A DNA stretch of 64,000 nt, taken from NCBI GenBank assembly GCA_963841555.1, contig CAWJDL010000001.1, forward strand, positions 13,979 to 77,978, in the 5' to 3' direction. Shown in pieces: positions 44,997-56,236 of this stretch; the first letter of the stretch is position 1; each line of letters starts with the position of its first letter. The notes below the pieces were generated by a model, which did no database searches, was not told the origin of the DNA, and worked only from the letters and a program-made list of their open reading frames with translations. The stretch is from an uncultured Actinomycetota bacterium (GTDB taxonomy: Bacteria > Actinomycetota > Actinomycetes > Mycobacteriales > Mycobacteriaceae). The translations under genes were made by a program, and so were the position numbers.

Positions 44997-47510
44997 TTAG
45001 CCGCGCTGTACGGCGCCGACGCGGTCTGCGGCGGTCTTGACAGCTGCGTCGCGGGCCGCGCTGGCCTCGTCCTCGGTCAACGTGCGATCGGCGGCGCGGA
45101 ATCGCAGCGCCAGCGTCACCGACTTGCGGCCGTCTCCGATCTGGGGGCCGGTGTAGACGTCGAACAGCCGCACGTCCTCGAGCAACTCGCCCGCGCCGTC
45201 GCGCACGGCGTCGACCACTGTCTGAGCGGGGACGTCCTCGCCGACGATCAGGCTGACGTCCTGGAAGACCGCCGGGAACGGCGACACGGCAGGCGCGGGC
45301 AGGGCCTCGGTGATCGGGATGGCGTCCAGATCCAACTCGACCGCGCAGATGCCCTTGGGCAGGCCGGACCGCTCCACGACGGCGGGATGCAGTTGACCGG
45401 CATGCCCGACAAACCGTTTCGTCACCGATGAGAACTTCGGCGCAGCGGCCGGGATGCCATGGCAGGTATTGCGCGGCCCGCAGCGTCAGTTCGACACCGG
45501 CGGCGCGGCCGATGACGCGCACCGCCTCGAACGCATCCCTGGCCTCAACCGGACGGCCGGGGCCCCACGGACCCGCCGGCTCACGCAGGCCGGCCAGCAC
45601 CACGCCGACGTGCTGTGGCTGGCGCGGCAGCGACGCGTCAAGTACGGCGATCTCCTCGTCTTTGGGCCTGCGGTCGTTCGGAATGCGCTCGACGGCACGG
45701 GTTTCCGAGGTGGGCTCGACAACCTGAGCGATCGCGTACAGCCCTACGTCAACCGCACCGCGGGACACGTTGCGCCCCAGGGCTTCCAGCAACCCTGGCA
45801 GCAGCGTCGTCGCCAGCTGCGGGCGATCGGCTTCCAGCGGGTTGAGCACCTGCGTGGCGTTGCGGCGCGAATCGTCAGCGGGCAGACCCCACTCGTCCAA
45901 GACTCCCGCAGGGAGGAACGGCGTCGGCAGGATCTCGACATAGCCGTTGAGCGCCAAGGATTTTCCGATCGCGCGGCGGCGTTTCTGGACCGGGGTGAGG
46001 CCGCGCCCGGCAGGCGCCTGTGGCAGCACGGACGGGATGATCTCGAGGCCCTCCAGCCGAAGCACCTCTTCGACGAGGTCGGCGGGTTCGCGCAGGTCGG
46101 GCCGCCAGCTCGGCGGAGTCGCCGTCACCCGGTCGCCGTCGGTCACCACGTCGGCGCCGATCTGAGTCAGCCTGCGTTGCGTAGTGCCGTCGGCGTAGTC
46201 GACACCTGCGATGCGGTCGGGCAGGTCGACGGCCATGCTGACCGGCGGCTGGGCCCAGTCCTCGCGCGGCGGGTCACCGCGCCAGTCGGTGAGCTTGGAT
46301 TCGATTGTGCCGCCCGCGATATCGGCCAAAAGCGTGGCGGCTCGGTCCAGAGCTGCGCCGGAGATGGCCGGATCGACGGTGCGCTCGTAGCGGCGGCCCG
46401 ACTCGCTCGTCAGGTGTAGCCGGCGCTGGGTCCGCGATACCGCGGCAGGATCCCACACCGCGGCCTCCAGCATCACGTCGGTGGTGGAGTCGCGCACCTC
46501 GGTGGTGCCTGCGCCCATGATGCCCCCGATCGCAGCGGTCGCGACGTCATCGACGATGAGCACGTCGCGGGGGTCGAGCTTGCGCTCGATGTCGTCGAGC
46601 GTGACGACCGTCTCCCCCGGTTCGGCGAAGCGAACCTTGAAGCCGCCGGTGATCAGGCGGCGGTCGTGCGCGTGCATCGGGTGACCGAACTCGAGCATCA
46701 CATAGTTCGTGACGTCCACGGCAGGCGAGATCGCGCGGATGCCGGACAGCAGCAGCCGCCGCTGCATCCACCACGGCGACACCGCGGTCGGGTCGATGCC
46801 CGTGACCGGCCGCAGCCCAAACCGGATCACTCCGGTGCCAGGCTCGATGGTCAGCGGCAACGCCTCGCCCTTGGCGGGCTGGGGGTACCTCCCGCTTGCG
46901 GGGGACGGTGAGACCTCCGCAGGGTCGACGAACTCCAGGTCGTAGGCGCAGGCGATTTCACGCGCCATGCCGCGCACCGACAGGCAATAGCCTCGGTCCG
47001 GCGTGATCGCCAGGTGGAAAACCACATCGTCGAGGCCCAGCAGGTCGGCGGCCGGGGCCCCCGGTTCTGCGGTGCCCGGTGGCAGCACCAGGATGCCGGA
47101 ATGGTCTGTGCCCAAGTTGAGTTCGGCCGTCGAACAGATCATGCCGTCGGATGTTCGGCCGTAGGTCTTGCGGGTGGTGATGGTGAAGTCGCCGGGCAAC
47201 ACTGTACCGGGCAGCGCCACCACGACCAGATCGCCGACGGCGAAATTGGTTGCCCCGCAGACGATATCGCGGGGTTCGGCTTCGCCGACATCGACCTTGA
47301 CAGCACGGATCGGCTTCTTGAACTCGGTGAGTTCCTCGATCCCGGTGACGCGTCCGACGGTCAGCGGCCCGGTGACCGGCCCGACCGGAATGATCTCTTC
47401 GACCTCGTGGCCGATGCGGATCAGCGTCTGCTCGAGCTCGTCGGCTGACACGTCCCAGCCAGGAGCGCCGGCCTGAACGACGTCGCGCAGCCAGCTGTAA
47501 GGAAGCCGCA

Positions 47511-47511
<1 letters not shown>
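44997..47511 (-). CDS. pheT: Phenylalanyl-tRNA synthetase beta subunit, apparent +1 frameshift near 45411-45413
   Basis: [16 protein letters not shown]. The C-terminal GHAGQLHP...FDVYTG...FRA domain is in a second frame. Removing one T gives 837 aa. Confidence 0.95.
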
Positions 47512-49386
<1,875 letters not shown>

Positions 49387-49397
49387 CTGAAGAACCA

Positions 49398-50312
49398 CTA
49401 TGCGCCCGCTGTACCTCCGTCATCGTCCTCGCCGCCTGGCAACTGCCTGCGAGTTTTCAAGCGGTACATGGTGAGGTCGGCAGGCACACCGTCCTGTTTC
49501 GCTGTAAACACTTGTCTGCGAAGCTGTTTGGCCGTCACACCCAGCGTTTCGAAGTCTTCCTCGGAAATCTGTTCCAATGTGGGCGCGGACACCACAAGTT
49601 CGCCCTTGGTCGCCCGCTCCATCACCCGTGCCGCGATGTTGACGTCCACCCCGAGCCAGTCAGAACCGATCCGCTGTGGACGGCCGGTATGGATGCCCAC
49701 CCGCATCCGCGGCGTATAGCCGTCCACCTCAACGGCTTTCACCGCATCACGGGCAGCGATCGCGGCGCGCACCGCGGTGACGGGTTCGGCGAACACCGCC
49801 ATGATGCCGTCGCCCATCCGCTTGACGATGTGGCCGCCCGCTTCCAGCAGCGGTGGCTCGACCACCTGAGAAACGCGGCGCAACAACTTCAACATCGCCT
49901 CGTCGCCGGCGCTCAACGACCACGCCGAGAAACCGACCAGGTCGGTAAAGACCAACGTCACCTCACGATTCGCGGGCTTACCCGACACCCGTTCCGTCAG
50001 CGCCTGCCACACCTGCAGCGCTCCCAGGCTCACTTCGCGTGAGGCGGCCTCACGCTCGAGCAGCCGATCGGCTGCCCTCGCGGCGGCGCGTGGACCCCCA
50101 ACACCGTCCGCCGACAACGGGTCTCCGAAATCGGGGTCGCCAGGCAGCGTCCGACGGGCACGGCGCAGGAAAGCGATGACAGCCGGGCTGTGATTGGTGC
50201 CCTTCAGCCACGCCACCGGTCCGGACGACCGTCGCGACTCGGCCGGACGATCCGGCACCTCGTTGATTTCTCCGATACCGCCGGATCGTTCGTCGAACGA
50301 CTCGACATTCAC
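49398..50312 (-). CDS. Class III adenylate cyclase (Rv1647-like)
   Basis: FTDLVGFS, KRMGDG, RVGIHTG and DVNIAARV motifs. Start approximate. Confidence 0.9.
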   Translation of the reverse strand: MNVESFDERSGGIGEINEVPDRPAESRRSSGPVAWLKGTNHSPAVIAFLRRARRTLPGDPDFGDPLSADGVGGPRAAARAADRLLEREAASREVSLGALQVWQALTERVSGKPANREVTLVFTDLVGFSAWSLSAGDEAMLKLLRRVSQVVEPPLLEAGGHIVKRMGDGIMAVFAEPVTAVRAAIAARDAVKAVEVDGYTPRMRVGIHTGRPQRIGSDWLGVDVNIAARVMERATKGELVVSAPTLEQISEEDFETLGVTAKQLRRQVFTAKQDGVPADLTMYRLKTRRQLPGGEDDDGGTAGA

Positions 50313-50434
50313 AGCGCAAGCGTATGTGGCGCTTCGCGCGACCGGCAATCGAGTGACGAACGGGCTGGTCACAAGCGTGTGGCACGACGGTAGCCGGTAC
50401 ATGACAGTGACCCGCCACGCGGCCGCAAATGATA

Positions 50435-50450
50435 GACAACGTGCGTTGTC
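50435..50450. promoter_or_regulatory. Palindromic candidate operator
   Basis: GACAACG-TG-CGTTGTC, 17 nt upstream of the oxygenase start. Confidence 0.5.
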
Positions 50451-50467
50451 AACATTATCGTTGAGCC

Positions 50468-51490
50468 GTGCGTTCAACGACGACCGCGAACACGGGCGAC
50501 CCGCTTGGCCCCGACTCACTGACGTGGAAGTACTTCGGCGACCTGCGCACCGGAATGCTCGGCGTGTGGATCGGTGCGATCCAAAACATGTATCCCGAGC
50601 TCGGTGCGGGCGTCGAGGACCACTCCATCCTGCTGCGCGAGCCGTTGCAGCGGGTCGCGCGCTCGGTGTACCCGATCATGGGCGTGGTCTACGACGGCGA
50701 TCGCGCCGCGCAGACCGGGGAGCAGATCAAGGGCTTTCACAAGACGATCAAGGGCATCGACACCGACGGGCGTCGTTATCACGCACTGAACCCCGAGACC
50801 TTCTACTGGGCCCACGCCACCTTCTTCATGCTGATCATCAAGACCGCCGAGTACTTCTGCGGTGGCCTGACCGAGGCCGAGAAGCGCCAGCTGTTCGAAG
50901 AACACGTGCAGTGGTACGGGATGTACGGCATGAGCATGCGCCCGGTGCCCAACACGTGGGAGGAGTTCCAGGCGTACTGGGATCGCAAGTGCAGCGAAGA
51001 ACTCGAGATCAACAAGGCCACCCTGGACATCTTCAAGATCCGCATCCCCAAACCGTGGTTCGTGCTGATGCCAACCCCGATCTGGGATCAGCTCTTCAGG
51101 CCGATGGTCGGCGCGCAGCGCTGGATCGCTGCCGGGCTGTTCGACGAAGCGGTACGCGAGAAGGCAGGCATGCGGTGGACACCCGGGGACGAGGTGCTGC
51201 TGCGGATATTCGGCAAGCTCGTCGAAATGGCGTTCGTCGTCGTGCCAGACGAGATCCGGCTTCACCCGCGCGCACTCGCCGCCTATCGCCGCGCCAACGG
51301 CCGCGTGCGCGAAGACGCCCCGCTGGTCGAGGCACCCGCGTTCATGTCGCCGCCGCGCGACCGGCGCGACCTGCCGATGCACTACGTCCCGCCGCGCAAG
51401 ACGTTGCTTGATCGAGCCGGTTCCCTGGTGCACACCACGTTCTCTTTGGCGGGCCTGCGTCCGGCACGCGGACGCGGTAAGGCAGCCTGA
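50468..51490 (+). CDS. Oxygenase MpaB / DUF2236 family protein
   Basis: LGPDSLTWKYFGD, YHALNPETFYWAHATF. Confidence 0.85.
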   Translation: MRSTTTANTGDPLGPDSLTWKYFGDLRTGMLGVWIGAIQNMYPELGAGVEDHSILLREPLQRVARSVYPIMGVVYDGDRAAQTGEQIKGFHKTIKGIDTDGRRYHALNPETFYWAHATFFMLIIKTAEYFCGGLTEAEKRQLFEEHVQWYGMYGMSMRPVPNTWEEFQAYWDRKCSEELEINKATLDIFKIRIPKPWFVLMPTPIWDQLFRPMVGAQRWIAAGLFDEAVREKAGMRWTPGDEVLLRIFGKLVEMAFVVVPDEIRLHPRALAAYRRANGRVREDAPLVEAPAFMSPPRDRRDLPMHYVPPRKTLLDRAGSLVHTTFSLAGLRPARGRGKAA

Positions 51491-51494
51491 TTGC

Positions 51495-52736
51495 ATGCTC
51501 GAGTGGTCTGATGTCGACCTCGCCGTGCGCGATGCCGTGCGCGAGTTCGTGGAAAAAGAAGTCCGCCCGCACGTCGACGCGCTGGAAAGCGGCGAGATGG
51601 CGCCCTACCCCATCATCCGCAAGCTGTTCGCGACGTTCGGTATCGCCGATATGGCGCGCGATTCGCTCAACAAACGGTTTGCCCGGCTGCGGGATGGCGG
51701 CCAATCCTCTGAAAAGAAATCATCTGGTGGCATGTTCGGTGGCGACGGCGCCTCGGCCGGCATGGGTTTCGTCGTGGTCAGCGAGCTGTGCCGGGTGTCC
51801 ATGGGCGTCGTTACCGGGATGGGCGTCAGCCTGGGGCTGACGGTGCCGACGATCCAGGGTCGCGGCACGCTCGCGCAGCAGGAGCGGTGGCTGCCGGATC
51901 TGGTCACCTACGACAAGGTTGGCGCGTGGGCGATCACCGAGCCAGACGCCGGCTCGGACGCGTTCGGCGGCATGAAGTCTTACGTGGTGCGCGACGGCGA
52001 CGATTACATCCTCAACGGCCAGAAGACCTTCATCACCAACGGGCCAGACGCCGATGTGGTGGTGGTTTACGCCAAGCTCGACGAAGGTGACGGCGCTGAC
52101 AAGCGTGACCGCAAGGTGCTGACCTTCGTGCTGGACCGTGGCATGGAGGGCTTCGTGCAGTCAAAGCCGTTCCGCAAGATGGGCATTCACAGTTCACGGA
52201 CGGGCGAACTGTTCTTCAGCAACGTCCGGCTGGGCCGCGACCGGCTGCTCGGTGAGACCGAGGACAACGCCGCGGGCGACGGGCGGGAAAGCGCGCGGTC
52301 GAGCTTCTCCACCGAGCGCATCGGGGTGGCGGCGATGGCGCTCGGTGTCATCGAGGAGTGTCTGCGGCTGTGTGTCGACTACGCGAAGAGCCGCCAGCTG
52401 TGGGGGCAGGAGATCGGCCAGTTCCAACTGATCCAGCTCAAGCTGGCCAACATGGAGTTAGCCCGAATAAACGTGCGCAACATGCTGTTTCGCGTCATCG
52501 AGGCGATGCAGACGGGCAAGCAGATCTCGCTGCCTGAGGCGTCGGCGATCAAGTGGTACTGCTCGCAGGCCGCAACCGATGTCGCGATGGACGCGGTACA
52601 GCTGTTCGGCGGCAACGGCTACATGACCGAGTACCGGGTGGAGCAGCTTGCCCGCGACGCCAAGTCGCTGATGATCTACGCCGGCAGCAACGAGGTGCAG
52701 ATCACGCACGTCGCCCGGGGGCTGCTCAGCGACTAG
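51495..52736 (+). CDS. Acyl-CoA dehydrogenase
   Basis: AITEPDAGSD, KTFITNG, LFGGNGYM and IYAGSNEVQ motifs. Confidence 0.94.
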   Translation: MLEWSDVDLAVRDAVREFVEKEVRPHVDALESGEMAPYPIIRKLFATFGIADMARDSLNKRFARLRDGGQSSEKKSSGGMFGGDGASAGMGFVVVSELCRVSMGVVTGMGVSLGLTVPTIQGRGTLAQQERWLPDLVTYDKVGAWAITEPDAGSDAFGGMKSYVVRDGDDYILNGQKTFITNGPDADVVVVYAKLDEGDGADKRDRKVLTFVLDRGMEGFVQSKPFRKMGIHSSRTGELFFSNVRLGRDRLLGETEDNAAGDGRESARSSFSTERIGVAAMALGVIEECLRLCVDYAKSRQLWGQEIGQFQLIQLKLANMELARINVRNMLFRVIEAMQTGKQISLPEASAIKWYCSQAATDVAMDAVQLFGGNGYMTEYRVEQLARDAKSLMIYAGSNEVQITHVARGLLSD

Positions 52737-52769
52737 CCTGGTCTCCACGACGACCGTAGGAGCCGCAAA

Positions 52770-53549
52770 GTGGACCTCAGCAGCAACACCGCGTTGATCA
52801 CGGGCTCCAGCGGAGGAATCGGCGAGGAGTTCGCCGGCCAGCTTGCCGAGCGCGGCGTGAATCTTGTGCTCGTTGCACGTCGCGCTGACAAGCTCGAAGA
52901 GTTGCGCAAGACGCTGCTCGAGCGGCACCCCGACATCGTCGTCGACGTCATTGCCGCCGATCTCGCCAAGCCGGGATCCGGAACCGATCTCGCGGCGAAG
53001 GTCGGCGACCTCGGACGACGGATCGACATTCTGGTGAATAATGCCGGTGTCGGACTGCACGGAAAGTTCGTCAGCGAGGATCCCCAATCCAACGCCGCGC
53101 AGATCCAGTTGAACTGTGGCACTTTGGTCGACCTCACGGCACGCTTTCTGCCTTCGATGACTGCGGCGGGACACGGTGTGGTCATCAACGTTGCGTCGAC
53201 TGCCAGCTTTCAGCCGACCCCTGGCATGGCGGTCTACGGTGCCACCAAAGCGTTCGTGCTGTCGTTCACCGAGGCACTCTGGCAGGAGTGCAAGGGAACC
53301 GGGGTGCGGGTGTTGGCGTTGTGTCCCGGCGCGACGGAAACGGAGTTCTTCGCGCGCACCGGCGAGGAGTTCCTCACCGACGGCAGGCAGACACCCAAAC
53401 AGGTGGTCGACACCGCCATGGCCGCGCTCGACAAGTCCACTCCGACAATAGTTTCCGGGTGGCGAAACGCCTTACTGTCGACTGGATACCGGTTCGTCCC
53501 CCGCAGGGTGATGGTCCAGATCTCCGAGCAGCTGCTGAAGGCCAACTAG
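52770..53549 (+). CDS. SDR family oxidoreductase
   Basis: TGSSGGIG, NNAG and YGATK motifs. Confidence 0.93.
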   Translation: MDLSSNTALITGSSGGIGEEFAGQLAERGVNLVLVARRADKLEELRKTLLERHPDIVVDVIAADLAKPGSGTDLAAKVGDLGRRIDILVNNAGVGLHGKFVSEDPQSNAAQIQLNCGTLVDLTARFLPSMTAAGHGVVINVASTASFQPTPGMAVYGATKAFVLSFTEALWQECKGTGVRVLALCPGATETEFFARTGEEFLTDGRQTPKQVVDTAMAALDKSTPTIVSGWRNALLSTGYRFVPRRVMVQISEQLLKAN

Positions 53550-53579
53550 CCTGCGCGGCACGGAGATCCGGGCAAAACG

Positions 53580-54353
53580 TCAGTCGAGTCGGTGCGTCCG
53601 TGCGCTCTGATACAGGCAGATCGAGGCGGCGGACGCCACGTTGAGGCTCTCGGCGCTGCCCGGCATCGGTATGCGGACCCGATGCGTTGCCATTTTCGCC
53701 AATTCGCTTGGTAGGCCATGTGATTCCGGACCGAACAGCCACGCCGTCGGCGAGTCCAGCGCGGCGTCGTCGAGACTGACCTCGCCGTCGACGGTGGTGG
53801 CCAGCACCTGCAGGCCGGCATCCGTCAACGCCGTGACGGCCTGCGCCGCATCGGGTTCGGTCACCACCGGTATCGAGAAGATGCTGCCCGCCGATGCCCG
53901 CAGGCATTTTCCGTTGTAGGGATCGACGCTGTGCCCGGCCAACACCACGGCGTCGGCGCCCATCGCGTCGGCAATGCGGATCAGCGTGCCCGCATTGCCA
54001 GGCTCGGAGATCTCCACCGCGACGGCCACCAGCCGTGGGCCGGTAGCAGCGACGTCGGCAAGGGCCACCTCGGGCGTTGCACACACCGCGACGAGTCCGA
54101 CCGGAGTCACCGTGTCCGACAATGCCTTTGCGGCGCGTTCTGTCACCACATGCACCGGAACGTCGGCCAGCAGGGAGCCGAACCGGTTCGAGGCGGACTC
54201 GGTGACAAAGACCTCCGACACGAGTCCGCGCCGCAACGCGGCCTCGACGAGATTGGGTCCTTCGGCGAGAAAGCGTGCGGCGCGGCGTCGTCCGATGTGG
54301 CGGTGCAGCTTGATCGCAGCCGCCACCCGAGCGGAGCGCTCGGTTAGCGTCAG
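53580..54353 (-). CDS. tsnR: TrmH/SpoU family RNA methyltransferase (Rv1644-like)
   Basis: EPGNAGTLIR, FGPESHGL and SLNVA motifs. Probable CTG start at 54353, first GTG at 54326. Confidence 0.9.
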   Translation of the reverse strand: MTLTERSARVAAAIKLHRHIGRRRAARFLAEGPNLVEAALRRGLVSEVFVTESASNRFGSLLADVPVHVVTERAAKALSDTVTPVGLVAVCATPEVALADVAATGPRLVAVAVEISEPGNAGTLIRIADAMGADAVVLAGHSVDPYNGKCLRASAGSIFSIPVVTEPDAAQAVTALTDAGLQVLATTVDGEVSLDDAALDSPTAWLFGPESHGLPSELAKMATHRVRIPMPGSAESLNVASAASICLYQSARTHRLD

Positions 54354-54753
54354 GCGGCCTCTCCGGAATTAGTCGATGTTGACGGCGCATTCACATCCTG
54401 GGCAGCGCGCCCTTGGCGACCTCGACCAGCGCGGTGAAGGCGGCCGGGTCGCTGACCGCGATCTCGGCAAGGTTCTTGCGGTCGACCTCGACACCGGCGG
54501 CCTTCAGGCCCTGGATGAGCCGGTTGTACGTGATGTCGTTGGCGCGGGCGGCCGCGTTGATCCGGGAGATCCACAGCTTGCGGAACTCGCCCTTGCGGGC
54601 ACGCCGGTCACGGTAGGCATAGGTCAATGAATGCAGCTGCTGCTCTTTAGCTTTGCGATACAGCCGCGACCGCTGACCGCGGTAGCCCTTGGATGCCTTT
54701 AGTACTGTGCGCCGCTTCTTCTGAGCATTGACTGCGCGCTTTACGCGTGCCAT
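54350..54753 (-). CDS. rplT: 50S ribosomal protein L20, apparent -1 frameshift near 54400
   Basis: MARVKRAV...LWISRINAA. The typical tail DVNAPS..SGEAA is in another frame. Confidence 0.96.
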
Positions 54754-54787
54754 GAGAGTGTTCCTTCTTCGTGCAGGGCCGGGCTAA

Positions 54788-54982
54788 TTAGCCGTTCAGC
54801 AGCTTGTTGATGCGGGACTTGTCGTTGGCCGACACCTCGGTGCGACCATCGAGCCGCCGGGTGCGCTTGGTCGACTTGTGCTCGAGCAAGTGCCGACGGT
54901 TGGCCTTCTGGCGCACGATCTTGCCGGTTCCGGTGCGCCGGAACCGCTTCGAAGCGCCACTATGGGTCTTCGCCTTTGGCAT
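54788..54982 (-). CDS. rpmI: 50S ribosomal protein L35
   Basis: [14 protein letters not shown]. Confidence 0.97.
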   Translation of the reverse strand: MPKAKTHSGASKRFRRTGTGKIVRQKANRRHLLEHKSTKRTRRLDGRTEVSANDKSRINKLLNG

Positions 54983-54991
54983 TGATGTCCT

Positions 54992-55636
54992 CTAGTTCTG
55001 TGATGTATCGGTCTGCGATACGTCTGGTTCTTCGGGTGCGGCCGCCGCCGCGGGGGCCGGGGTGGGTTCTGCTCGCCGGGCCGGCGGTGCGTCAGCGTCG
55101 TGCGCCGCCTTGGCGCGAGTCTTCGCACCACGGTGCGGTGCCAGCACCATCGTCATGTTGCGGCCGTCCTGCTTGGCGGACGTCTCGATGAAGCCGTAGT
55201 CGGCGACGTCGGCGCCCAGCCGCTGCAGCAGTCGGTAGCCCAGCTCGGGCCGCGACTGCTCGCGTCCGCGGAACATGATCGTCACCTTGACTTTCGACCC
55301 CGCCTCGAGGAAGCGGACGACGTGACCCTTCTTGGTCTCGTAGTCGTGGGGGTCGATCTTGGGTCGCAGCTTCTGTTCCTTGACGACGGTCTGCTGCTGG
55401 TTCTTGCGAGACTCGCGCGCCTTCTGAGCCGTCTCGTACTTGTACTTGCCGTAGTCCATGATCTTGCAAACCGGCGGTTTGGCGTCTGGAGCTACTTCCA
55501 CAAGGTCGAGATCGGCATCCGCGGCGACGCGGAGAGCGTCTTCGATGCGCACAATGCCTACTTGCTCACCACCTGGTCCGATCAGGCGGACTTCGGGTAC
55601 GCGGATGCGCTCGTTGACGCGGGTCTCAGTGCTGAT
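54992..55636 (-). CDS. infC: Translation initiation factor IF-3 (ATC start)
   Basis: AGGAGG-cccc-ATC AGC ACT GAG ACC CGC GTC AAC GAG CGC ATC CGC, in frame with [10 protein letters not shown] and FRGRE. Confidence 0.95.
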   Translation of the reverse strand: MSTETRVNERIRVPEVRLIGPGGEQVGIVRIEDALRVAADADLDLVEVAPDAKPPVCKIMDYGKYKYETAQKARESRKNQQQTVVKEQKLRPKIDPHDYETKKGHVVRFLEAGSKVKVTIMFRGREQSRPELGYRLLQRLGADVADYGFIETSAKQDGRNMTMVLAPHRGAKTRAKAAHDADAPPARRAEPTPAPAAAAAPEEPDVSQTDTSQN

Positions 55637-55692
55637 GGGGCCTCCTATGTTGTCCTCTCGGAGCCCACACCATCAGCGCTCTGCTCATTTTG

Positions 55693-55721
55693 AACAGAAA
55701 GGCCCTGCTCAAAGCAGGGCC
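55693..55721 (-). terminator. Terminator-like hairpin within the infC 5' region
   Basis: Minus strand GGCCCTGCT-TTG-AGCAGGGCC-TTTCTGTT. Confidence 0.6.
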
Positions 55722-55853
55722 CAAAGCCGACCAGGACAGGCATCGGATGCCTGTGACCGGACCGCTGCACCATTATGGTCAGCGGTGGGAGTGGGACTCC
55801 ACTTGCTGTCCCTGGCGTACGCCGGGACGGTCGCGCGTGCCAGTCTAGCAGGC

Positions 55854-56189
55854 ATGACCGAGCTTCCTGACATCCGTGAGCTGGCCGATATCCCTGCGGT
55901 GGAGGTGATCACCCGCTCGGCCGTGATGCTGATGAGCGCCGCTGCCGAGAAACTCGGGCTGTCGGCCGAAGACCCCGAAGACAGCCCGCACCGCGATCTG
56001 GACGAGGCGCGCAGGCTGATCACCGCACTGGCAGGGTTGGTCACCGCCTCGGTCGAGTATCTGGGACCGCACGCCGGTCCGGTTCGCGACGGGCTGAAGA
56101 CGCTGCAATTGGCGTTCCGTGAATCCAGCGCCGCACCAGACGAACCCGGACAGGGCCCAGGCGAGAAGTACACAGGACCGGTCTGGTAG
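55854..56189 (+). CDS. DUF1844 family protein
   Basis: [14 protein letters not shown]...[15 protein letters not shown]. Confidence 0.85.
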   Translation: MTELPDIRELADIPAVEVITRSAVMLMSAAAEKLGLSAEDPEDSPHRDLDEARRLITALAGLVTASVEYLGPHAGPVRDGLKTLQLAFRESSAAPDEPGQGPGEKYTGPVW

Positions 56190-56236
56190 CCAGTCACACA
56201 CCCATTTCCAGGTTCAAGCGAATATCCTCGCGGCCT

